Origin: Oscillospiraceae bacterium
Lineage (GTDB): Bacteria; Bacillota; Clostridia; Oscillospirales; Oscillospiraceae
Direction: 5' to 3'
DNA: 64,000 nucleotides
Assembly: GCA_016296235.1 (NCBI GenBank)
Contig: JAEDJR010000001.1
Span: forward strand, 8,582-72,581
Made by a program: the position numbers and the translations under genes. The number at the start of each line of letters is the position of its first letter. Within the stretch, counting starts at the first letter, position 1. Positions 29,332 to 38,635 of this stretch are shown here, in pieces. The notes beneath the pieces are model-generated. The model saw nothing but the letters and a program-made list of their open reading frames with translations. It was not told the DNA's origin and did no database searches.

Positions 29332-29895
29332 TCAATGCCCTTTTTTATTGGCGATGAAGGGCTTAATGACCCGGTAGATTTCGCTGGTCTTTTTATTGTC
29401 AAACTGCTTCATCAGGGCATTGTTCAGCCCCTGTTTGGTTTTGTATTTGTCGATGAGCTCCAGGACTGTCTGCACATCCGACTGCTCCAGCAGTTCGCTG
29501 AGCTTTTCCTGCAGCTCGTTGTGGGCCTGACGGGTGTTGACCACATCCAGATTGGGCATCCGGAGAAGCTTAACGTTCTGCTTACCCCAGAAATTCACAA
29601 CGCCGTCAAAGCCGCTGTCCTTGGAGATAATATAATAGCTCTCACCCGCGGATCCGGCGATCAGATAGCCCAGATAGGTGGACAGCTGAAAATCCAGGGC
29701 GTTTTTTGTGCCGCTCTCCACTTTGTAATACCGGATTTGTGCTTGGCTCTCAATGAGCCTGCGGTGAGCGTCAAAGGTGAGACGGTCCGCGTTCTCGGTA
29801 TAGAAGATGTAAACCACATCCTCCCGGGACAGGGTTTCAAGCCCATCCAGGCCGGATGCGCTGACGTTTTCATAGTCGATTAAAAAGGTTGCCAT
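29332..29895 (-). CDS. NYN/LabA-like (PIN-fold) putative ribonuclease with C-terminal helical domain
   Basis: GGAGG SD 7 nt upstream. Acidic-residue pattern FLIDYENV / GTKNALDFQL / IISKDSGFDGV resembles the LabA/NYN catalytic layout. Visibly more AT-rich than its neighbours. Confidence 0.55.
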   Translation of the reverse strand: MATFLIDYENVSASGLDGLETLSREDVVYIFYTENADRLTFDAHRRLIESQAQIRYYKVESGTKNALDFQLSTYLGYLIAGSAGESYYIISKDSGFDGVVNFWGKQNVKLLRMPNLDVVNTRQAHNELQEKLSELLEQSDVQTVLELIDKYKTKQGLNNALMKQFDNKKTSEIYRVIKPFIANKKGH

Positions 29896-29978
29896 AAGGG
29901 AGCCTCCATTTGGAACAGATTGAATTGCAATTTCATCATTGTCATGCTAAAATAAAGAAAAAAGCGAGGAGTGGTCAT

Positions 29979-30731
29979 ATGCAGGACGGGAAGACGATAC
30001 AGTCCGTGTCAAAAGCCATGAAGCTGCTGGATTTGCTTGCCGAATCCCCTCAGCCCATGACCCTGGCGGAAATCAGTCAGAAAACCGGTTGGCCAAAGAG
30101 CACAGTCCACGGACTGCTCTCTACCATGCGGGAATTCTCGGTCATTGCCCAGGATGGGGAAGGACGGTATATGCTGGGAATTCGGCTCTTTGAATATGGC
30201 TGCACGCTGAGCAGCTCCTGGACGATCATTGAAACGGCCAAGCCCTATATCCAGCACATTTCTTATACCACCGGTGAAGCGGTCTTTCTTTCCATTCTGG
30301 ATCGGGGAGAGGTCATCACCCTGGACCGGGCAGACAACCGTACCGGCCTGTGGATTTCTGCGGAGATGGGATGCCGTCTGCCGATCCATTGTACATCCCA
30401 GGGGAAGCTTTTCCTGGCCTATATGCCGGAACAGGATCGGAAGAGCATTCTCAAGCGCACGGATCTGAAGCCCTATACGGAGCATACCATTACCACCCAG
30501 GCGGCACTGCAGCGGGAATTGGATGAGATCCGCAAACGTGGCTACGCAACGGAAAATGGGGAATACAAAACCGGCATGAGATCGGTCGCCGCGCCGATTT
30601 TCGATGAAAACGGCGATGTACGCTATGCCATCGGAATCATCGGGATGTTCCGTCAGATCGAATCCAACCAGTTCAACAAGGCCATAGCAGTAGTACGGGA
30701 AACGGCGGAAAAAATTTCCAAGGCACTATAA
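29979..30731 (+). CDS. IclR family transcriptional regulator
   Basis: AGGAG SD. N-terminal wHTH (SVSKAMKLLDLLAESPQPMTLAEISQKTGWPKSTVHGLL) and a C-terminal IclR effector domain. Confidence 0.88.
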   Translation: MQDGKTIQSVSKAMKLLDLLAESPQPMTLAEISQKTGWPKSTVHGLLSTMREFSVIAQDGEGRYMLGIRLFEYGCTLSSSWTIIETAKPYIQHISYTTGEAVFLSILDRGEVITLDRADNRTGLWISAEMGCRLPIHCTSQGKLFLAYMPEQDRKSILKRTDLKPYTEHTITTQAALQRELDEIRKRGYATENGEYKTGMRSVAAPIFDENGDVRYAIGIIGMFRQIESNQFNKAIAVVRETAEKISKAL

Positions 30732-30809
30732 ACGGAGGATATTTCCAGTCATCAATCGGCCCAAACAGGCCATACTACTTCTGCAATCCAGAAAAGGAGG
30801 CTGAAAGGT

Positions 30810-30974
30810 ATGAACTGTCAGGCCAACAAGTCCATTGAGTGCACCGTCAATCAGTGCGCCCACCACTGTGATATGGAGAACTACTGCTCTCTGAACAAGA
30901 TCAGGGTCGGCACCCACGAGAGCAATCCCACCGTGGATCAGTGCACCGACTGCCTGTCCTTTGTGCGCAAGTAA
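30810..30974 (+). CDS. DUF1540 domain small Cys-rich protein (54 aa; below the ORF-track cutoff)
   Basis: AAGGAGG SD about 10 nt upstream. IECTVNQCAHHCDMENYCSLNKIRVG...CTDCLSFVRK matches the DUF1540 Cys pattern. Followed by a terminator. Confidence 0.7.
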   Translation: MNCQANKSIECTVNQCAHHCDMENYCSLNKIRVGTHESNPTVDQCTDCLSFVRK

Positions 30975-30986
30975 GGAATTGCGAAA

Positions 30987-31012
30987 GCCTCTCCGGCCTG
31001 TGCCGGAGAGGC
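30987..31012. terminator. bidirectional terminator hairpin between the DUF1540 gene and the J-domain gene
   Basis: Perfect 11-bp stem GCCTCTCCGGC/GCCGGAGAGGC with a CTGT loop. Confidence 0.6.
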
Positions 31013-31026
31013 CGGGACAAGTACAT

Positions 31027-31647
31027 TCAGCAGAAAAGGAAGAACCCGGGGAAACGGCAGGTCATCAGATTGTAGCAGATACAGAAGCCCAGACAGATCC
31101 GGCACGGATCCACCTGGCCGAAGTGAAATCCCTGCTGCTGTGTTTCATAGGCCTGTCCCTGCCGTTCGATCTGATCCCGGATCATCTGGTATTGATAGTT
31201 GTCCGGCTCCATGCGGCATGCCTGGTTGATATGTTCATAGGCCAAAACACGATTGCCCAGGTTCGCGTTGGCGATGGCGCTGAGATAGTACCATTCAGCG
31301 GAGCGCCGGGAGGACGGAATGTTGTTCAGAACATACACCGCTTCCTGGTAGCTGCCTGCCTGAACATAGTGCCGTGCGGTCTGGAACTCCGAAGACTGAT
31401 CCTGACCTGTTTGCTGCTGACTCCAGCCGGCGAATGGATCGTAGGCGCTGCGGGTTGTGGTTTGCCGGGGCGGGTTCTTGATTTGGTCATAGGCGGCATT
31501 GATGTCATTCATCATTTTTGCGGCGTGAGGATCGCCCGGGTTCATATCCGGGTGGTATTTTTTTGCCAACTGCCGGTAGGCACGCTTGACCTCTTCCTCG
31601 GAAGCCCCGGGTTTCAGGCCCAAAATACGATATGGATCGTCAAACAT
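31027..31647 (-). CDS. J-domain protein with TPR-like middle region and Cys-rich hydrophobic C-terminal tail
   Basis: AAGGAGG SD. J domain [33 protein letters not shown] (HPD motif). TPR-like segment. Tail [25 protein letters not shown]. Confidence 0.8.
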   Translation of the reverse strand: MFDDPYRILGLKPGASEEEVKRAYRQLAKKYHPDMNPGDPHAAKMMNDINAAYDQIKNPPRQTTTRSAYDPFAGWSQQQTGQDQSSEFQTARHYVQAGSYQEAVYVLNNIPSSRRSAEWYYLSAIANANLGNRVLAYEHINQACRMEPDNYQYQMIRDQIERQGQAYETQQQGFHFGQVDPCRICLGFCICYNLMTCRFPGFFLFC

Positions 31648-32479
31648 GGTGTTCCTCCTTGCCGGGCTTCCGGTCATTCCAATAGAACCGCGTCCAAACG
31701 CCAGAATAAAGAATATTGCGCATCAGACTCAGATCCTGCAGCAGCGGCAGCCGCTCAAACGCCTGGGTGCATTCGCCCATCAGGATTTTCAGAACCGGCA
31801 GAAGATCCTCTTTTTGAATGCCCTGTGCGGCTCTGGTGCGGAATGGATTATAGGCGCCGTGCTTCAGATCGGACGGAAGATCCAGAATTGCGTCGGTTAA
31901 GTAGATAAACCGTCCGAGGGATTCGCCCATCTGCCGCAGAAGCGGCGCCCAGCGGTCGTTCTTCCAGACAAACAGCTGGCCCATCAGCCGGCCGAAGGCG
32001 CTTGCGCCGGCGTCAGGCTCCTGAACATCGTCGGCCTCAATACGGGACAGCGTCTCCATACACCGAATGACCGCATCGCGCTGCTCCGGATAGGCAGCAG
32101 ATGCCTCCCCGGCACTGCGGCGAAATAAGCGGGCCTGCAGCAGGGAGCGGAGTGTCCGGTCGTCATGCCAATCGTCCATGCAATTATAATAAGCCAGCAC
32201 CATGTTCATGGCGGCGGCATATTCGGTGGACGGCGTCTGCCAGGCAGAGTGCTGCTTCAAAGGATGGGCGGCACAGCGCCCCAGGCTCGTCTGCTCCTCC
32301 GGTTCATAGAGCGAGGACAACAGCAGGACCAGAAAGGTCAAATCATAGCTGAGCGCAGCACGCTGAAAAGAACCGTAGCGCTGGCCGATGCAGCGGCAAA
32401 GACCGCAGTAGCAGCTCTGATACCGCTGCAAGTCCTCCGGACTGAGGGAGGCACGCTCCGCTACCACATAGCCGAACAT
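31640..32479 (-). CDS. DUF5685-like protein (N-terminal CxCxxCxC cluster); function unknown
   Basis: MFGYV...[17 protein letters not shown]...[13 protein letters not shown]-terminus as I recall for DUF5685. 8-nt overlap with the downstream J-domain gene. Confidence 0.6.
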   Translation of the reverse strand: MFGYVVAERASLSPEDLQRYQSCYCGLCRCIGQRYGSFQRAALSYDLTFLVLLLSSLYEPEEQTSLGRCAAHPLKQHSAWQTPSTEYAAAMNMVLAYYNCMDDWHDDRTLRSLLQARLFRRSAGEASAAYPEQRDAVIRCMETLSRIEADDVQEPDAGASAFGRLMGQLFVWKNDRWAPLLRQMGESLGRFIYLTDAILDLPSDLKHGAYNPFRTRAAQGIQKEDLLPVLKILMGECTQAFERLPLLQDLSLMRNILYSGVWTRFYWNDRKPGKEEHHV

Positions 32480-32512
32480 CCGCCGATCCCTCCCGTTTCT
32501 GCATGATAGTAT

Positions 32513-32541
32513 ATTCTATCATATCCGGTGATAAATGCCAA
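32513..32541 (-). promoter_or_regulatory. sigma-A-type promoter (TTGGCA-17-TAGAAT) for the DUF5685/J-domain operon
   Basis: Hexamers read on the minus strand. The -10 lies inside the palindrome ATGATAG-N6-CTATCAT (32503-32522). Confidence 0.45.
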
Positions 32542-32550
32542 ATGAATATT

Positions 32551-33405
32551 TCATGAACGCCCGGAAAAAGTGTCTTTCAGGATCAGAAGAGGGCGATATT
32601 GACCACCGGCCAGCAGCTGTGCCAGCAGGCCGCCGCACAGCACCAGCACCATACAGCTGTGCACCCAGACCGCAGCCAGCAGCATCACACCGAGACCACC
32701 GTAAAGACGGTCCATATTGGAAATGTAGTTTACATAAATCGAGAATCCCAGAGACAGAATGAGCCATCCGGCTGCAGAAAACACCCCGCCCGCCAGGCAG
32801 TAACGGAAGCGTAAACGCCTGGCAGGCAAAAAATAAAACACCGCCGCAAATAAGAAACCAAAAGGCAGCGCGGTATAAACAGCACGCAGCTGCAGGAGCA
32901 GGCGCATCAGCTCAGAGAATCCGGGGAACCATTGCAGGCAGCCGTCCAACAGCTGACGGCCAAAAACATAGAGCCCCAGCATGGCCAGAAGGCCTGCTTC
33001 CAGAAGCAGAAAATAAGCAATGGCTGTTAAGCGGCGGAGGATATACAGCTTTGTGTGGCGCATGGAAAGAACGGCATTGAGTCCGTCCATCAATGCCAGG
33101 ATGCCCTTGGACGCCGACCAGAGGGCGGTCAAAGCGGAAAGAGAGAGCATGGCGGCGGAGCGCCTGGCGGCAGCGGCCTGCAGCAACGCGAAGACGATGG
33201 GGAGGAACGGAGCAGGGAAGGCCTGCTCCAGGATCTGGGTCCATGTGGTCTGTGTAACCGGCAAATAGGGAAGCAGCGCCAGGAAAAACGCCGAAGCCGG
33301 CAGCGCAGAAAGAAGCATATAGAAGCTTGCGCCTGCCGCGTAGAGGGAAATGGGGCTGCGTATAAAGGGAGCCCAAAGCTGCCGCAGAGATTCCCAGCAC
33401 CTCAT
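32551..33405 (-). CDS. YihY/BrkB family membrane protein
   Basis: Polytopic membrane protein with a YAAGASFYMLLSALPA N-terminal signature and YGGLGVMLLAAVWV near the C-terminus. Confidence 0.8.
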   Translation of the reverse strand: MRCWESLRQLWAPFIRSPISLYAAGASFYMLLSALPASAFFLALLPYLPVTQTTWTQILEQAFPAPFLPIVFALLQAAAARRSAAMLSLSALTALWSASKGILALMDGLNAVLSMRHTKLYILRRLTAIAYFLLLEAGLLAMLGLYVFGRQLLDGCLQWFPGFSELMRLLLQLRAVYTALPFGFLFAAVFYFLPARRLRFRYCLAGGVFSAAGWLILSLGFSIYVNYISNMDRLYGGLGVMLLAAVWVHSCMVLVLCGGLLAQLLAGGQYRPLLILKDTFSGRS

Positions 33406-33417
33406 GGTTTACCTCCC

Positions 33418-33446
33418 TAGACAAATGACGATTTCTTTGATATAAT
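33418..33446 (+). promoter_or_regulatory. sigma-A-type promoter (TAGACA-17-TATAAT) for nrdR
   Basis: Hexamers read directly. Confidence 0.4.
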
Positions 33447-33480
33447 ACACTTATATGACGAGAAAGAGAGGATGATCCTC

Positions 33481-33936
33481 ATGAAATGTCCTTACTGTGG
33501 TTTCCAGGAAAGTAAAGTTGTGGATTCCCGTCACTCCGATGACAGCACCTCCATTCGCCGGAGACGCGAGTGTCTTTCCTGTCAGAAGCGCTTTACCACC
33601 TATGAGACGGTGGAGAGCCTGCCTATGATCGTGGTGAAGAAAGACAACAGCCGCCAGTCCTTCGACCGGAATAAGGTTCTCAACGGCATGGTCCGCGCCT
33701 GTGAAAAGCGTCCTGTTCCCATGGCGGACCTGGAGAATGCAGCGGATGAGATTGAACAGATCATCCAGAACTCTCTGGACCGGGAGGTTTCTGCCGCCCA
33801 CATCGGCGAATTGGTCATGGAACGGCTCAAGCCTTTGGACGAGGTAGCTTACGTCCGTTTCGCTTCGGTCTACCGCCAGTTTAAGGATATCAACAGCTTT
33901 ATGCAGGAGCTGAACAAAATCCTGGCGGAGAAATAA
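33481..33936 (+). CDS. nrdR: transcriptional repressor NrdR
   Basis: MKCPYCG...[17 protein letters not shown] zinc ribbon plus an ATP-cone. Confidence 0.95.
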   Translation: MKCPYCGFQESKVVDSRHSDDSTSIRRRRECLSCQKRFTTYETVESLPMIVVKKDNSRQSFDRNKVLNGMVRACEKRPVPMADLENAADEIEQIIQNSLDREVSAAHIGELVMERLKPLDEVAYVRFASVYRQFKDINSFMQELNKILAEK

Positions 33937-33946
33937 CAATACGTTG

Positions 33947-33981
33947 ACCTGGACACCGGTGAAATTGGTGTCCAGGTTTTG
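33947..33981. terminator. terminator hairpin between convergent nrdR and the DUF4363 gene
   Basis: 11-bp stem ACCTGGACACC/GGTGTCCAGGT followed by TTTTG. Confidence 0.7.
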
Positions 33982-33982
33982 T

Positions 33983-34363
33983 TTACAACAGATTATACAG
34001 ATAGGGCCATTCCATTTCCCGGATGTGCTTGAGGGTAGCCAGCAAGGCAGCGCAATTACTGAGGTATTCCTCTGTATCCTGTGTGTCTGCATAGGACTCC
34101 AGACGGGAGAATTCCCGGATGACGTCGTCCACCTCATCATGGCGCAGGACGGTGCCGAAATATGCCTGATGGCTGTTCCAACGGTCAGCCGCCCAATGGG
34201 TCATGGCGGCGGCGTCTGCGTAACGGTCTTGCTGCTGCAGCGCCATGGCATCCGTCAGCAGAAGCTCTGTTTCCTCCACCGCATGGGAAACGTAAGCCGC
34301 AGAGAACAGGCAAAGCCCCAGAAGAAGGGAAAACAGAAGAAGACTGGACAGAATAAATTTCAT
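33983..34363 (-). CDS. DUF4363 family protein
   Basis: Signal/TM anchor followed by a helical domain. Overlaps the end of the upstream DUF421 gene by 4 nt, which is the usual DUF421/DUF4363 pairing. Confidence 0.65.
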   Translation of the reverse strand: MKFILSSLLLFSLLLGLCLFSAAYVSHAVEETELLLTDAMALQQQDRYADAAAMTHWAADRWNSHQAYFGTVLRHDEVDDVIREFSRLESYADTQDTEEYLSNCAALLATLKHIREMEWPYLYNLL

Positions 34364-35037
34364 GATACCTCCTGCTTAGTGGCCAGATACAGTGTCCCGG
34401 ATGCGTCCACGGTCAGGAGCACCACGTCGGATAGACGGCAGTGATGCTCCGTAAGGGTCTTTCGCACCCATTCCTCGGACCGCCCGGAAAGCTTCAGGTT
34501 CTCTTTCAGCAGCCTGCCGCTGCTGATGATGGTAACCGGAAGCTCCAAAGGCTGCGCTTTTTTTCCTGCATCTTTCACGGTCAGCGGTTGATATCTTGCA
34601 TCCAGCAGCGCGCTGATCTGCCCGTTGGTTTCCAGAATGGCGAATTTCACGGTGGTCAGATCCACAATGCCCTTTTCCCGAAGATGCTCGGTCAGCTCAT
34701 CCGGCGTTAGACGTGTTTTTTGCAGGCTTTTCAGGAGAATCTTTCCATTCTCCATCAAGATGACCGGTTTGCCGCACAACAGCTTTCGGATGGGAATAAA
34801 ATGATAGGCCAGGGCAGAAAACAGAACCTCTATGGACAGTACGGTCAGGATCGGGATCACGCCAGAGAGCAGAGGAATGCCCAGATCCTGCATGGGAACG
34901 GACGCCAAATCCGCAATCAGCATTGTGACGACGAATTCCGACGGTTCCATTTCGCCGATCTGGCGCTTGCCCATCAGACGGATCACCAGAATCAACAAAA
35001 GATACAAAATAACGGATCGGAGCAGACATACCAGCAT
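34360..35037 (-). CDS. DUF421 (YetF-like) membrane protein
   Basis: GGAGG SD 7 nt before the ATG at 35037. RSVILYLLLILVIRLMGKRQIGEMEPSEFVV is typical of the YetF/DUF421 N-terminus. Confidence 0.75.
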   Translation of the reverse strand: MLVCLLRSVILYLLLILVIRLMGKRQIGEMEPSEFVVTMLIADLASVPMQDLGIPLLSGVIPILTVLSIEVLFSALAYHFIPIRKLLCGKPVILMENGKILLKSLQKTRLTPDELTEHLREKGIVDLTTVKFAILETNGQISALLDARYQPLTVKDAGKKAQPLELPVTIISSGRLLKENLKLSGRSEEWVRKTLTEHHCRLSDVVLLTVDASGTLYLATKQEVS

Positions 35038-35169
35038 TTTCAAACCTCCAGAACAGGCTGTAGCCAGTATGCCCGGTTTTTCCCCGGTATATCCGGCAAA
35101 AATAAACCTGTTCAACGGATAAAAGCTGTGCTATAATAACCTGGAATGCATCTGGAAAGGAATGATTGC

Positions 35170-35346
35170 ATGAATCGCAGTACGGAAGAACTGGAGCATT
35201 ACAGCGCCGGTCAGAAGCCGGAAGAACCTGAAAAAGCACACCCGCGGCCATTCTGGCACAGACTGCTGTCGTGGTTTCTGATTGCTGTGGTGTTGTTTGC
35301 ATTTTTGGGCACCTGCTATTGGCTGGCCTTTTATGGAAGGGTTTGA
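35170..35346 (+). CDS. small hypothetical membrane protein upstream of chrA
   Basis: 58 codons with a C-terminal TM (LLSWFLIAVVLFAFLGTCYWLAF). Its stop TGA abuts the chrA ATG (TGAGATG). Weak SD. Confidence 0.3.
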   Translation: MNRSTEELEHYSAGQKPEEPEKAHPRPFWHRLLSWFLIAVVLFAFLGTCYWLAFYGRV

Positions 35347-35347
35347 G

Positions 35348-35890
35348 ATGCGCATATTACTGGACTTATTTGTTTCGTTTTTCAAAATTGGTTTGTTCAC
35401 CTTCGGCGGCGGCTATGCCATGCTGCCCATGCTGCAGCGGGAGATCGTCGATCAGCACCATTGGGTGACGGAGGAGGACGTGCTGGACTACTATGCCATT
35501 TCACAGTGTACTCCAGGCGTCATAGCGGTCAACACGGCTACCTTTGTGGGCACTAAGCTCAAAGGCGCCCTGGGCGGTGCCGTATCAACCCTGGCAGTGG
35601 TGACGCCGTCTCTGATTATTATTACCGTCATCAGCACCATTCTGAAGAGCTTTTCCTCCTATGCGGTGGTGCAGCACGCATTTGCCGGGATTCGCGTGGC
35701 GGTCGCAGCACTGGTGGTGGTTTCCGTGGCGAAATTGTACCGAAAAGGCGTCAAGGGCGCTCTCGGCAACGGGATCTTTGCCGCATCGCTGCTGCTGGTA
35801 TTTCTGCTGAACCTTTCGCCTGTCTGGGTTGTGGCCGCCTGCCTGATCCTTGGCGTGGCGTTGGCCTGGAAGGAGATGCACCGGACATGA
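35348..35890 (+). CDS. chrA: chromate transporter family protein (short CHR, first half)
   Basis: FFKIGLFTFGGGYAMLPMLQREIV signature. Confidence 0.85.
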   Translation: MRILLDLFVSFFKIGLFTFGGGYAMLPMLQREIVDQHHWVTEEDVLDYYAISQCTPGVIAVNTATFVGTKLKGALGGAVSTLAVVTPSLIIITVISTILKSFSSYAVVQHAFAGIRVAVAALVVVSVAKLYRKGVKGALGNGIFAASLLLVFLLNLSPVWVVAACLILGVALAWKEMHRT

Positions 35891-36450
35891 TCTATCTGCG
35901 CCTTTTCTGGGAGTTTTTCAAAACGGGCCTGTTTGCGGTAGGCGGTGGCCTGGCGACCCTTCCGTTTCTCAGCAAAATGGGAAGTAACTACGGTTGGTTT
36001 ACGCAGACAGAGCTGGCCAATATGCTGGCTGTCTCCGAGTCCACACCCGGCCCCATCGGCATCAATATGGCAACCTATGTGGGCGTGACCGCAGGCGGGC
36101 TTCCGGGAGGCCTGTTAGCCACGCTGTCGCTGGTACTGCCGTCCTATCTGGTCATTCTGGCGGTGGCCAAGGTGATGGAGCGGTTCAGGGAAAACGCCTA
36201 TGTCCAGGGCGCCATGCGTACCCTGCGGCCTGCGTCTGTGGGCATGGTGTCCGCTGCGGTACTGGGAGTGCTGCAATCGGTTCTGCTCCGCATGGACGCG
36301 GTTGCTGCGCTCCAGTGGACCAACATGGTGGCACTGCCCAGCCTTCTGCTGTTCCTGGTGCTCCTGGCATTCTATCTGAAATTCAACAAGCTCCATCCCG
36401 TTGTGATCCTTGCCATTGGGGCGGCGGCGGGAATTGTGCTGCAGCTGTGA
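35887..36450 (+). CDS. chrA: chromate transporter family protein (short CHR, second half)
   Basis: FFKTGLFAVGGGLATLPFL signature. 4-nt overlap with the first half. Confidence 0.85.
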   Translation: MIYLRLFWEFFKTGLFAVGGGLATLPFLSKMGSNYGWFTQTELANMLAVSESTPGPIGINMATYVGVTAGGLPGGLLATLSLVLPSYLVILAVAKVMERFRENAYVQGAMRTLRPASVGMVSAAVLGVLQSVLLRMDAVAALQWTNMVALPSLLLFLVLLAFYLKFNKLHPVVILAIGAAAGIVLQL

Positions 36451-36458
36451 GGAACGCC

Positions 36459-36950
36459 ATGCGTATTTTAGGCATTGATCCCGGATATGCCACCATCGGT
36501 TTTGGTATTTTGGAAGCCGCAAGGGGCAGCGTTCAGCTGCAGCAATACGGCACCATCACAACGCCGCCGGAGCTGGAGTTTTCCCAGCGCCTGCTGGTGA
36601 TCTACGAGGATATGAACCGGCTGATTGACACGGTGAAGCCGGACTGTATGGCCATTGAGGAACTGTTCTGGGGCCACAATGTCACGACCGGAATTGGTGT
36701 GTCCCATGGACGGGGCGTCATTCTCCTGGCTGCGGCCCAGCGGCAGCTGCCGGTCTATGAATATACGCCCATGCAGATCAAACAGGCGGTTGTAGGCTAT
36801 GGAAATGCAACCAAACTGCAGGTGATGGATATGACAAAGCGGATTTTAAAAATGGAGAAGGTCGCCCGTCCCGATGACGCTGCGGACGCCATTGCCGTGG
36901 CCCTGTGTCACGCCCGCAGCGCAACCAGCCTCCTGAGCCGCATTCAGTAA
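36459..36950 (+). CDS. ruvC: crossover junction endodeoxyribonuclease RuvC
   Basis: MRILGIDPGYATIGFGILE...EELFWGHN...DAADAIAVALCH. Confidence 0.93.
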   Translation: MRILGIDPGYATIGFGILEAARGSVQLQQYGTITTPPELEFSQRLLVIYEDMNRLIDTVKPDCMAIEELFWGHNVTTGIGVSHGRGVILLAAAQRQLPVYEYTPMQIKQAVVGYGNATKLQVMDMTKRILKMEKVARPDDAADAIAVALCHARSATSLLSRIQ

Positions 36951-36962
36951 GAAGGTGACGCT

Positions 36963-37559
36963 ATGTTTTACTATATCAACGGAACCGTGACGGTGCTGGA
37001 AGCCAACTTGGCAGTTCTGGACTGCGGCGGCGTGGGTTACGCCTGCCATACCACGGGCTACACCCTTTCCCAGCTCCAGGTGGGAAAACAGCAGAAGCTC
37101 TATACCTATTGCAATATCAAGGAAGACGCCTTTGACATTTTTGGCTTCTCCACCAAGGAGGAGCTGAACTGCTTCAACCGGCTGATTGGCGTATCCGGCG
37201 TGGGGCCCAAGGTTGCGCTGGCGATTTTGTCCTCCACAAGTCCCAGCCAGTTTACGCTGGCGGTGATGACCGGGGATGAAAAAACGCTGACCATGGCGCC
37301 CGGCGTTGGAAAAAAGATGGCGCAGCGGATCATCCTGGAGCTGAAGGATAAGCTGACCGGCGAATTGCCGGAAATGGGAGGCGCCGCTGCAGTTGTTCCC
37401 ACAGCGGCAGGGAACAAAGCCTCCGAGGCCGCCGCTGCTCTTGCGTCCCTGGGATACTCCCAGAGCGAGATTGGACTGGCGCTGAAGGGTGTCGATGTGG
37501 AGCACCTTTCCCTGGAAGAAATTGTCCGCAGCGCCCTGCGCGCGATGGTCATGCAGTAA
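36963..37559 (+). CDS. ruvA: Holliday junction branch migration protein RuvA
   Basis: MFYYINGTV...LIGVSGVGPKVALAILS...PGVGKKMAQRIILELK. Confidence 0.93.
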   Translation: MFYYINGTVTVLEANLAVLDCGGVGYACHTTGYTLSQLQVGKQQKLYTYCNIKEDAFDIFGFSTKEELNCFNRLIGVSGVGPKVALAILSSTSPSQFTLAVMTGDEKTLTMAPGVGKKMAQRIILELKDKLTGELPEMGGAAAVVPTAAGNKASEAAAALASLGYSQSEIGLALKGVDVEHLSLEEIVRSALRAMVMQ

Positions 37560-37571
37560 AGGAGGCCGGAA

Positions 37572-38624
37572 ATGAGTCTGGATTTTTCTCAGGAATATGA
37601 GGCACCTCTGATTACAACTTCCATGACGCCCCTGGATGACGGAGAGGGATCTCTGCGTCCCAGGACGCTGGCGGATTATACCGGCCAGGAGAAGGCGAAG
37701 GGAAACCTTGCGGTCTATATCGAGGCTGCCCGCCGAAGAAATGAGCCGCTGGACCACGTCCTGCTTTACGGCCCGCCCGGTTTGGGCAAGACCACCATGG
37801 CCGGAGTCATCGCCAATGAAATGGGCGTCAATATCCGGATCACCTCCGGCCCGGCCATAGAAAAAGCCGGTGATCTGGCGGCGCTGCTGACCAATCTCAA
37901 TGCCGGTGATATTCTGTTTATTGACGAGATTCACCGTCTGAACCGCGCGGTGGAGGAGATTCTCTACCCCGCCATGGAGGATTTCGCCATTGATATCATC
38001 GTGGGGAAGGGGCCTTCCGCCAACTCCATCCGTCTGGATCTGCCAAAATTTACGTTGATCGGCGCCACGACCCGTGCCGGACAGCTTTCCAGCCCGCTTC
38101 GGGATCGCTTCGGCGTTTCCCTGCGTCTGGAGCTGTATACCAATCAGGAGCTGGCCAGGATTGTGACCCGTTCCGCCGCACTGCTCGGCATGGAGATTGC
38201 GCCGGACGGCGCGATGGAGATTGCCTCCCGGTCCCGGGGAACCCCCAGAATTGCCAACCGGATGCTGCGCCGGGTTCGGGATTTCGCGCAGGTCTACCAT
38301 GACGGCGTCATCACCAGAGCGGCGGCGGATCACGCCTTGAGCTGTCTGGAGGTAGATCATCTGGGCCTGGACGCCACGGACCGGCGGATGCTGGAATCCA
38401 TTATTCGAAATTACAATGGCGGCCCCGTGGGCCTGGAAACCCTGGCAGCCACCATTGGAGAAGAGGCTGTCACGCTGGAGGATGTCTATGAACCCTACCT
38501 GATGCAGATTGGGTTCCTGACCAGAACGCCCCGGGGGCGCTGCGTGACACAGCTGGCATATGAGCATTTACATCTTGCTGCACCACGGGAGGAACCGGAG
38601 CAGCTGAGTTTTCGGGTTGAATAG
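37572..38624 (+). CDS. ruvB: Holliday junction DNA helicase RuvB
   Basis: Walker [10 protein letters not shown], Walker B FIDEIHRL and [17 protein letters not shown]. Confidence 0.96.
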   Translation: MSLDFSQEYEAPLITTSMTPLDDGEGSLRPRTLADYTGQEKAKGNLAVYIEAARRRNEPLDHVLLYGPPGLGKTTMAGVIANEMGVNIRITSGPAIEKAGDLAALLTNLNAGDILFIDEIHRLNRAVEEILYPAMEDFAIDIIVGKGPSANSIRLDLPKFTLIGATTRAGQLSSPLRDRFGVSLRLELYTNQELARIVTRSAALLGMEIAPDGAMEIASRSRGTPRIANRMLRRVRDFAQVYHDGVITRAAADHALSCLEVDHLGLDATDRRMLESIIRNYNGGPVGLETLAATIGEEAVTLEDVYEPYLMQIGFLTRTPRGRCVTQLAYEHLHLAAPREEPEQLSFRVE

Positions 38625-38635
38625 GAGATAATACG

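Noticed and set aside
30726-30917. 63-aa minus-strand ORF from the ORF track
   Set aside because: The opposite strand carries a 54-codon DUF1540-type ORF with a strong SD, a Cys pattern and a terminator, which explains the region better.
35994-36458. Long N-terminal extension of ruvC (track ORF 35994-36950), and similar extensions for hisG (46781-46825) and hisZ (47859-48068)
   Set aside because: The extensions overlap well-supported upstream genes. Canonical N-termini with SD sequences occur at the internal starts.
36846-38567. 573-aa minus-strand ORF spanning ruvA/ruvB, and comparable long shadow ORFs at 22333-23682, 25392-26600, 53860-54909 and 61267-62457
   Set aside because: These are shadow ORFs opposite well-supported genes (ruvAB, DHHW, tgt, cdaR, rsmB). 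They have no independent coding evidence.
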